DNA from: Candidatus Latescibacterota bacterium
GTDB taxonomy: Bacteria > Latescibacterota > UBA2968 > UBA8231
DNA length: 64,000 bases
Direction: 5' to 3'
Assembly (NCBI GenBank): GCA_965217585.1
Contig: OZ244561.1
Span: 6,624,001-6,688,000 of the forward strand
Made by a program: the position numbers and the translations under genes. How positions within the stretch are numbered: the first letter of the stretch is position 1; each line of letters begins with the position of its first letter. Under the pieces are notes generated by a model, which saw only the letters and a program-made list of their open reading frames with translations, made no database searches and was not told the DNA's origin. Positions 56,684 through 64,000 of the stretch are shown piece after piece.

Positions 56684-58687
56684 CTATTCGCTGGCTACAA
56701 TTCGTATGGCTTCTTCGCGCGCGCTTTGCAGTAAGTCCCCGTCGGCGAGCAAATTCGCCGCCTTAAATGTGGGCATCCCGGCCTGGCGTACGCCGAAGAA
56801 CTCGCCGGGGCCGCGCAGTTGTAAATCCTTTTCCGCGATCTCAAATCCGTCTTGGGTGCGCTCCATGGTCTGGAGCCGCTCGCGCGAATCCGCCAACTCG
56901 GCCCCGGCGTGGGCATAGCTGATGAGGATGCAAAACGACTGCTCGCCACCGCGCCCCACGCGACCGCGCAACTGGTGCAATTGTGCCAAGCCGAAGCGCT
57001 CGGCGTGTTCGATAATCATCACCGTGGCATTGGGCACATCCACGCCGACCTCGACGACCGTGGTGCAGACCAAGACTTGGACCCGGTTCTGCTTAAAATC
57101 CTCCATGACCGCGGTCTTTTCTTCGGCTGCCATGCGCCCGTGCAGCAAGGCTACCGCGAATTCGGCCAATGGGCCGTGGCGCAGCTCGTCGTAGGCTTCG
57201 ACCGCGGATTTGTAATCCGCCTTTTCCGACTCTTCGATCAGCGGATAGACCACGTACACTTGCCGCCCCTGGCGCACCTGATCACCGGCAAACTCGAAGA
57301 TCGCCTCGCGGCGCTCGCTGCCGCGCAGGGCCGTGCGGACCGGCTTGCGCCCCGGGGGCAGTTCGTCGATGACCGACACGTCCAGCTCGCCGTACAGGGT
57401 CAGGGCCAAGGTGCGCGGGATGGGCGTAGCCGTCATCACGAGCAAATCGGGTTTCGCGCCCTTCTTGTAGAGCGCGCCGCGCTGCACGACCCCAAAGCGA
57501 TGCTGCTCGTCAATGACCGCCAGCCCTAAACGAGCAAATTGCACTTGCTCCTGTATCAGCGCGTGGGTGCCCACCGCAATGTGGGCCGCGCCGCTTTCAA
57601 TGGCCGTCAACAGCTCCTGCCGGAGGGCCTTGCGCTGGCCGCCCTTGAGGAAGATCACAGTCAGGCCGAGAGGCTCGACGAGTGCTTGGATGTTGAAAAA
57701 ATGCTGCTCGGCGAGGATCTCGGTCGGGGCCATCATCGCCGCTTGGTAGCCGTTCTCCACGGCCATCAGTATCGCGCTCAAGCCGACCAAGGTCTTGCCC
57801 GAGCCCACGTCGCCTTGGACGAGGCGATTCATAACTTGGGGGCGCTGCATCTGCGCGGCGATCTCAGCGACGACCCGGCGCTGGGCGCGCGTCGGGTCAA
57901 ACGGTAGGGAATCCCACAGAGCCGACACCAGTTTTTCGCTGGGCGCAAAGGCAATGCCGTCGGCCTGCTCGCGGTTTTTTTTGCGCCGCTGCGCCAAGCG
58001 CAGTTGGAAGTCAAAAAGCTCGCCAAAAGCCAAGCGCTGGCGTGCGCGTTCCGCTTCTGCGAGGCTAGCGGGAAAATGCACTTGGCGCAGACTAGCGCCT
58101 AACTCTGCAAGACCCAAGCGCTGCCGCAAGGCTGCGGGCAGATCGTCTTCGATCTGCCCGGCAAAGGCGTCCAGCGCCCCGCTTACCAAGCGGCGGAACC
58201 CCCGGCTGCGCAGGCCGCGCTCCTTCAGGTCGGCACTGGTCGTATAGAGCGGGACGACGACGCCCGTGTGGAGCCGCTCCTCCCCGAGTATGAATTCGTA
58301 CTCGGGATGGACCATCTGTCGCCGCCCCTGGAAGAGATCGACCTTGCCGCTTATGGCCAGCTCATCGCCGACGGCAAAGTTGCGCTGCAAGTAGCGCCCC
58401 CCCTGAAAAAAGGTACAGGTGATATCGTCGGTCGCGTCGGCGACCACCATCACGAAGCGGGGCCGCGGCCCGGGCATGAAGCGCGTCTGGCGCACTTGGC
58501 CGATGAGGGTCACCTCTTGGCCGATTGGTGCCCGGGCCATGGGCAAAATCTGCGTGCGATCGAGGTAGCGGCGCGGCAGATAGTACAACAAATCGCCCAG
58601 CGTCAGAATCTCTACATCTTTGAGCGCGGACGCGCGTTTGGCCCCTACGCCTTTGACTTTTTCAATGGGAATGGACAGAATTTCCAT
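56684..58687 (-). CDS. recG: ATP-dependent DNA helicase RecG
   Basis: QGDVGSGKT, MAPTEILAEQH, IDEQHRFG, MTATPIPRTL, QLHQLRGRVGRG, DLQLRGPGE. Confidence 0.97.
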   Translation of the reverse strand: MEILSIPIEKVKGVGAKRASALKDVEILTLGDLLYYLPRRYLDRTQILPMARAPIGQEVTLIGQVRQTRFMPGPRPRFVMVVADATDDITCTFFQGGRYLQRNFAVGDELAISGKVDLFQGRRQMVHPEYEFILGEERLHTGVVVPLYTTSADLKERGLRSRGFRRLVSGALDAFAGQIEDDLPAALRQRLGLAELGASLRQVHFPASLAEAERARQRLAFGELFDFQLRLAQRRKKNREQADGIAFAPSEKLVSALWDSLPFDPTRAQRRVVAEIAAQMQRPQVMNRLVQGDVGSGKTLVGLSAILMAVENGYQAAMMAPTEILAEQHFFNIQALVEPLGLTVIFLKGGQRKALRQELLTAIESGAAHIAVGTHALIQEQVQFARLGLAVIDEQHRFGVVQRGALYKKGAKPDLLVMTATPIPRTLALTLYGELDVSVIDELPPGRKPVRTALRGSERREAIFEFAGDQVRQGRQVYVVYPLIEESEKADYKSAVEAYDELRHGPLAEFAVALLHGRMAAEEKTAVMEDFKQNRVQVLVCTTVVEVGVDVPNATVMIIEHAERFGLAQLHQLRGRVGRGGEQSFCILISYAHAGAELADSRERLQTMERTQDGFEIAEKDLQLRGPGEFFGVRQAGMPTFKAANLLADGDLLQSAREEAIRIVASE

Positions 58688-58743
58688 GGTTGGCTATGCG
58701 TTGACGCACCTGGGCTGCAGCCTATCTTTGACCGCATATTGCC

Positions 58744-59217
58744 ATGCCCAAGTCTACTGCTTTTGCCCACTATCTAATGGGGCACGCGCCGTTTAAACGC
58801 GCGCCGTTCTTCTACGCCTATGTCGGGATGTGGCTCCACCTGCTCATTGGCACGGGGATCTTAGCACTATCTACTCCAAGCGACTGGCTGTCGATCTTCG
58901 CGGTGCTGGTCGTCGGCTCGTTATGCGTGGGGCTCGTGCTCTACGGCCTGCTGACGGAGACGTACCGCCTGTTGATCAACATCGGCGCGTATGCTGCTAG
59001 CATAGCCCGCGCATTCTCGACCGATGCCGTGGTCCTCACCTGTTTCATCGCGGGCCTCATCGCCGCCCTCGTTTCCGGCTATAGTATCTTGGTGGCTGAG
59101 TACGGCCGCTATCAGCACGAAGTCCACCGCCAGCCTGCGCCGCTCCCTGCGTCTGCGGCCCTCCTGCTAGGCGCTGCCATCGTCATCCTCTGCGTCTATG
59201 GCCTCTTAGCAAACTAG
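58744..59217 (+). CDS. Hypothetical multi-pass membrane protein
   Basis: 157 aa with about 5 hydrophobic segments; fills the gap between recG and mraY. Confidence 0.7.
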   Translation: MPKSTAFAHYLMGHAPFKRAPFFYAYVGMWLHLLIGTGILALSTPSDWLSIFAVLVVGSLCVGLVLYGLLTETYRLLINIGAYAASIARAFSTDAVVLTCFIAGLIAALVSGYSILVAEYGRYQHEVHRQPAPLPASAALLLGAAIVILCVYGLLAN

Positions 59218-60320
59218 CGGATCTTGAGCGTCGCCAAGCCGCACAGCGCCAAGATGCCGGCCACGATCCAGAAGCGAATGACGATCTTCGTGTCAGCCAA
59301 GCCGCGCTGTTGGAAGTGGTGGTGAATCGGCGAGCGGGTGAAAAAGCGCCGCCCCAGCCACCGGATGCCGATCTTTTCCTGGATTACCACCGACAGGGTC
59401 TCGCCGACGAAGATCCCCCCGACGATTAGGAAGAGGAACTCCTGTTTGACCAAGACGGCGACCGTGCCCAACAAGCCGCCTAGCGCCATGGACCCGGTAT
59501 CGCCCATGATGACGTTGGCCGGATAGGAATTGAACCACAAAAAGCCAAGGCAGGCCCCAAAGACGATGGAGCAGATCACCGCGACTTCCCCCACGCCTGG
59601 CATAAAGGGAAAGATGAGGAACTCCGAGATCTCGGCGTGGCTGGACACATAGGCGAACACACCAAAGACAGCCACGACAAAAGAAGTCGGCACAATGGCC
59701 AAGCCGTCGATCCCGTCGGCGAGATTGACCGAGTTGGAGATGGCCGTCACCGTGAAGGCGATAAAAGGCACATAGCCCCACGAAAGGTCGAGGACCGGAT
59801 TTTTGAAAAAGGGCAAATAGAGCTGGGTCGCCAAGCCAGCCGACTCCGCTGGGAGGGCTTGGGTGACGTACGCGGTGCCAAACGCCATCCCAAAGGCTAC
59901 TTGCAGCGCCAACTTGGCCTTCTCGGACAGCCCGCGATCGCTAGAGCGATAGCGCACCTTGAGGAAGTCGTCGATCCAGCCGAGCGCGGCAAACCAGACA
60001 ATCGCCCCCACGCAGAACAGGACGAAGAGGCTGTGCAGCTTGCACCACAGGCCGATGCTGATCAAGATCGCGGCGACGATTAGACCGCCGCCGTAGGTTT
60101 TGGCTTGGTTGCTGGCGGCTTCAAAGTTGAGATAGTCGCGAGGCATGTCGCGATGCCCCCGACCGTAGAAGTAGAGGATGGCCCGTCCGCCGCAGAGAAT
60201 GGTGAGGATCAGCGAGGTGATCGCGCCGCAGAGCGCGCGAAAGCTGATCGAATCGACCAAGCGCAAAAACGACAGAGCCTCGGCTGCCTCTTGCAGGTAG
60301 ATTCCGAGGTAGTAGATCAT
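59214..60320 (-). CDS. mraY: Phospho-N-acetylmuramoyl-pentapeptide transferase (divergent)
   Basis: ISFRA, GWIDD, SNSVNLADGIDGL, GFLWFNSYPA, MGDTGS, PIHHHFQ, IVIRFWI; ATGA overlap with the murG stop. Confidence 0.9.
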   Translation of the reverse strand: MIYYLGIYLQEAAEALSFLRLVDSISFRALCGAITSLILTILCGGRAILYFYGRGHRDMPRDYLNFEAASNQAKTYGGGLIVAAILISIGLWCKLHSLFVLFCVGAIVWFAALGWIDDFLKVRYRSSDRGLSEKAKLALQVAFGMAFGTAYVTQALPAESAGLATQLYLPFFKNPVLDLSWGYVPFIAFTVTAISNSVNLADGIDGLAIVPTSFVVAVFGVFAYVSSHAEISEFLIFPFMPGVGEVAVICSIVFGACLGFLWFNSYPANVIMGDTGSMALGGLLGTVAVLVKQEFLFLIVGGIFVGETLSVVIQEKIGIRWLGRRFFTRSPIHHHFQQRGLADTKIVIRFWIVAGILALCGLATLKIR

Positions 60321-62329
60321 CGCTGCGAAGCCACCAGGGGCCGGCTGGCGCGCACGAGATCGGCTAATTCGCGCAGGTGTGTGCCGAGGGGAAACTCCGG
60401 CTTGAAATAAGGCATCGAGATCAAGACTTGATCGAGATCGCGCTCCAATTGCGCCGGCTCCAAGACGCCGCGCTGCAAAAATTCGATCAGCACCAGCACG
60501 ACCTGCTCGCGGATCTGCCAATTCCGGTGCAAGTAGAAGCGGCGCAGCCGCGCTAGCAGGTCGGGATTGTGGCTTATTTTTCTGAGGGCACCCAGGGCTT
60601 GGACGACCACTTCCGGTGCGCTATCGTCGAGTGCCGAGAAGAGCGTGCTTTCAATCGCGTCATCGACTGCAAACAACTCGCCGAGGGCCCGCGCCGACCA
60701 CGCCCGCACCTCGAAGTAGGGATCCGCGGCCAGTGCGTTCAGCAGCGCGGCCCGGGTTTGCGCGTCGGTCTCCCCCAAGCCGCGCAGGCCGTGTTCGACG
60801 ACATTGCGGCGCACAATGCCCCCGTGGCGGAAGTCGCCACCGCAAAAACGGCGCGCCCACCCAGTTGGGGTGCGGTCGGTGAGGATGTGCAGCAACAAGG
60901 GCAGCCGCTTTTGGTAGTTTAAGACTGCAACGAGCTTGACGCCCACATTGCGCCGCCCCAGCGGGATTTCGCACCAACCCTCGGACGTGAGCAGACGATC
61001 GGCTTGAAAGCGCAGATAGGCGAGCTCGTTGCGCTCCATCGCCTCTACACCCCCTACCTCCTTGACCCGCGCTTGTACCCAGCGCAACAGGGCATTGGGG
61101 GCGTTCGGCAAGCGGCCTTTGGCCGGGAGTAACTCCAAGCTCAGCGCCGGTGGGTTCTGCCCGGCGATGAGGCCGTCCAGTTCGGCTGTGATGAGTTCGA
61201 GGCTGTTGGCCTTGGGCAGGGTCTTGGCGGCCTCACCCATAGCCTGCAAGCGCTCTTCGTCGGCGCACAACGCGAGCACCTGCTGCGCCAATTTTTTGCC
61301 GTCCAGTCCGCTGTGGATGCTGGCGTTGTCCCAAAACGCCTCCTGATAGAGCACCTGAGCGGCCCCGATCCGCTCCATCTCCCGAGCATTCAGCACCTGA
61401 TGGTCTTCGGCTGCTGTGGGCAGCGGCACAATCAGCGTGGGCGTCCCGCTAACCGCCATCTCAGTCAGGGTACCCGCGCCCGACCGACAAATGACCAGAT
61501 CGGCTGCCGCAATCAGATCGGCGATCTGATCCGCGTAATCGAGGCGGCGGTACCAGTCGGACTCGTCCTTCATCCCCATCGCGGCCAAGGCAGCCTCGGT
61601 CTCAGCCACAGCGTCGTAATCCGGCCCCTTGTAGCGACCGGTGACGTGGATGACCACCAGCCCGGCCGCTTGCCATTGGGACAAGGCTTCGAGTACGGCC
61701 TCGTTGATGGCCTTGGCACCGCCCGACCCGCCAAAGGCCAGAACGACCTTGCGACCTTGGGCAATGCCCAACTTTTCCCGCGCAGCCAGCCGGTCGAGAT
61801 GCAAAAAAGAACGGCGCACCGGATAGCCAACCACGGCCACCCGCTTCACGTCGAACCAGCGGCCCGCCTGCTCAAACGCTACACCAATTCGCTGTGCCAG
61901 CCGCCCGGCAACTTGGTTCAAAAGTCCGGGATGGGCATTCGGCTCGTAGAGAAAAACGCGAGCGCGGGAAAGGCCGACCTTAGCCAACGCTCCATGCGCG
62001 AAGAGGATCGGCGCGCTGACGTAGCCACCCGTGCCGATGATCAGTTGAGGCCGGTAGCGCAAGAGGATGAGACCACCCTGGACGACCCCCACCAAGAGCG
62101 TGCAGGCGAATCGCAACAGGGCCACAAGGGAGCGCGTGCGGGGGAAAGGGCTGGCGCGGACAAAGCGGATGGGGTACCCCTGCTCGGGCACGACCCAAGC
62201 ATCCAGCTTGTCTCGATGACCCACGTAGAGGAATTCGGCGTCTGCCCGCGTCTGCCGAATTTCGTTGGCAATGGCCAAGGCCGGGTACACGTGACCACCC
62301 GTGCCGCCGCCGGTGAGCAAGTACTTCAT
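60317..62329 (-). CDS. murG: MurG-like glycosyltransferase fused to a C-terminal HEAT-repeat region
   Basis: GGGTGGHVYPALA, GTGGYVS, GGSGGA, CRSGAGTLTE, DHQVLNA; extra about 280 aa with DPYFEVRAWSARALG, DSAPEVVVQALGAL, HRNWQIRE. Confidence 0.85.
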   Translation of the reverse strand: MKYLLTGGGTGGHVYPALAIANEIRQTRADAEFLYVGHRDKLDAWVVPEQGYPIRFVRASPFPRTRSLVALLRFACTLLVGVVQGGLILLRYRPQLIIGTGGYVSAPILFAHGALAKVGLSRARVFLYEPNAHPGLLNQVAGRLAQRIGVAFEQAGRWFDVKRVAVVGYPVRRSFLHLDRLAAREKLGIAQGRKVVLAFGGSGGAKAINEAVLEALSQWQAAGLVVIHVTGRYKGPDYDAVAETEAALAAMGMKDESDWYRRLDYADQIADLIAAADLVICRSGAGTLTEMAVSGTPTLIVPLPTAAEDHQVLNAREMERIGAAQVLYQEAFWDNASIHSGLDGKKLAQQVLALCADEERLQAMGEAAKTLPKANSLELITAELDGLIAGQNPPALSLELLPAKGRLPNAPNALLRWVQARVKEVGGVEAMERNELAYLRFQADRLLTSEGWCEIPLGRRNVGVKLVAVLNYQKRLPLLLHILTDRTPTGWARRFCGGDFRHGGIVRRNVVEHGLRGLGETDAQTRAALLNALAADPYFEVRAWSARALGELFAVDDAIESTLFSALDDSAPEVVVQALGALRKISHNPDLLARLRRFYLHRNWQIREQVVLVLIEFLQRGVLEPAQLERDLDQVLISMPYFKPEFPLGTHLRELADLVRASRPLVASQR

Positions 62330-62436
62330 TAATTTTTTAGAAGTAAGGTTGTTTAGACTAGTAGAAGCGATCCCCGCCTGTACTCCAGAGGGGCCTATGT
62401 CCCTAATATAGAAGGTGTTAGTCTGGGTGTCTAACC

Positions 62437-63198
62437 CTACTGGTAGGACTCGGTGCGGTCGCCGCCATTGACGCTTATGTGCTGCCCTGTCACGTAGCTG
62501 GCCGTCGGTGAAACCAGAAAGACCACGACTGCAGCCACCTCTTCGGGGCCACCGGCTCGGCGCATGGGAATACTGCTGAGAAACTGGGCCCGCACTTCCG
62601 GCGTCCGCCGCGCCAGTGCCCCGCGCCCCATCCCCGCGTCGATGATCCCCGGCGACACCACATTGACGCGGATGCCGTGCTCGGCTTCCTCTTTGGACAA
62701 CACCTTCGTCAGGGCCACGACTCCCGCCTTGGTAGTCGCATACGCGGCCGAACCGCCCGGCAGCGTGTTGACCACATTCGAGGCGATGTTGACGACCGCG
62801 CCGCCGCCTCGCGCCCGCATCAGCGGCAGAGCGGCCTTACACATATAGAGGACGCTATTGAGATTGACATCGAGCACCCGGTGCCAGTCCGCCAGCGCCA
62901 TATCGGCCACGAACTGCCCGCCGATGGTGATGCCAGCGTTGTTGACCAAAATATCCAACCCACCCAACTCCCCAGCCACGCGCTCAACCAGCGATTGCGC
63001 AGCCTCCGCCTCGGTTATATCGGCCGCAAAGGCAGCCCCGCCCAGCTCGGCGGCGAGCGCGTGGGCAGCGTCCTTCTGCGTGCGGTAATGCAGGGCGACT
63101 GTAGCGCCCTCGGCGGCCAAGGCGCGGCATATCGCTTGGCCAATGCCGCCAGCCGCGCCGGTTACTAGGGCGATGTGACCGTGAAGAGACGTGCTCAT
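62437..63198 (-). CDS. SDR-family oxidoreductase (FabG-like)
   Basis: TGAAGGIG, NNAGI, YATTK. Confidence 0.92.
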   Translation of the reverse strand: MSTSLHGHIALVTGAAGGIGQAICRALAAEGATVALHYRTQKDAAHALAAELGGAAFAADITEAEAAQSLVERVAGELGGLDILVNNAGITIGGQFVADMALADWHRVLDVNLNSVLYMCKAALPLMRARGGGAVVNIASNVVNTLPGGSAAYATTKAGVVALTKVLSKEEAEHGIRVNVVSPGIIDAGMGRGALARRTPEVRAQFLSSIPMRRAGGPEEVAAVVVFLVSPTASYVTGQHISVNGGDRTESYQ

Positions 63199-63276
63199 AG
63201 GGGTTCGATCTCCGACAAAAGGATTTCTGAAAAAAAACGGCGCATTCCGCTGTCGTCCACGCGCCCCGGAGCGGAT

Positions 63277-63993
63277 TCAGGCTCGTTCGGCGCGGTGTTG
63301 GGCGACCATTTCCGCCATGCTTTTAAAACGGAAATCCGGTTCCACCGCCTTCTGTGGTGGTGCTGTCGCGCCGCCACACTCTGCACGCCGGTCAATCCAT
63401 GCCGTCGTCAGTCCGATTGCCTTGGCCGGCACATGGTCGTGGAAGAGGCTCTGCGCGACATGCAGGATGCTGCCGGGAGCGCCGCCGAAGCCCGCGGCCA
63501 CCCGTGCGAGGAGGAATTCAAAATTGGCTGGCGACGGTTTGTATGAACCTATTTCCTCGGCGGTAAGGACCGCGTCCCAAGGATCGCCGAGGCGAGCGGC
63601 GCTCCCCCGATAGCTGGTGCGGTCGCAATTAGTGAGGGTGATCAGCCGATGGTGGCGTTTCAGATAGGCGAGCGATTCGGCCGCGTCGGCAAAGGCCGGC
63701 CAATCCCCGACCGACTGGCCGAAGCGGATGCTCTCGGCATCGTCGGGTTCGACGCCCCAGTTCCGGGCCAGCGTGCGGTGGGTGGCTGCCAGAAGATCGG
63801 CGTAGAGCAGGTCGGGAGTGGCCGCTTGGCAGGCGGATTCCACCTGCGCGAAGGCTGCGAGGGCCGCTTCGCGAGTCGGTGGATCGGCTATACGCGCGCA
63901 GAGCGGTTGCAGCGCATCCCAGATGCCCGTCTCCCAGTCGATCAGGGTTCCGTAGGTGTCGAAGGTCAGTATCGGAAAGTCGCAGAGGCGCAT
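63277..63993 (-). CDS. HAD-family hydrolase (haloacid dehalogenase type II-like)
   Basis: TFDTYGTLIDWE, LTNCD, SYKP, HVAQSLFHDH. Confidence 0.9.
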   Translation of the reverse strand: MRLCDFPILTFDTYGTLIDWETGIWDALQPLCARIADPPTREAALAAFAQVESACQAATPDLLYADLLAATHRTLARNWGVEPDDAESIRFGQSVGDWPAFADAAESLAYLKRHHRLITLTNCDRTSYRGSAARLGDPWDAVLTAEEIGSYKPSPANFEFLLARVAAGFGGAPGSILHVAQSLFHDHVPAKAIGLTTAWIDRRAECGGATAPPQKAVEPDFRFKSMAEMVAQHRAERA

Positions 63994-64000
63994 GGGCGTT

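Overview
GC-rich bacterial chromosomal window with no rRNA, tRNA or CRISPR array recognised. The backbone holds the end of a metal-transport cluster (RND tail, DUF318 permease, broken CDF, ZIP), two Gfo/Idh/MocA loci, a fused indolepyruvate:ferredoxin oxidoreductase, an amino-sugar/glycosyltransferase operon, ispG and a sugar-acid catabolic operon. It continues with a Pho-box-led porin-pstSCAB-phoU-phoB-phoR operon extended by cytochrome c and HupE/UreJ genes, glgC, an S1 protein-trpB-trpA unit, aspartate kinase, recG and an out-of-cluster murG(+HEAT)-mraY pair. Several accessory patches sit between these genes: an AAA+/DUF4143 gene with tandem palindromic operators; an antitoxin/TIR array; a two-gene PHP-ABC-ATPase (Ppl/TrlF-like, with substituted PHP metal ligands) plus Schlafen/AlbA_2 operon; and a coupled ParB-like + Mrr-like nuclease + m4C-methyltransferase operon beside an IS-interrupted Schlafen pseudogene. 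The last two are the best candidates for uncharacterised defence systems. A window-wide pattern is repeated collapsed genes that keep both ends but lose the middle, mostly toxins or toxic domains (2x VapC, YoeB, Schlafen, probably HicA), while the antitoxins stay intact. All family calls come from motif recognition by eye; no database search was run.
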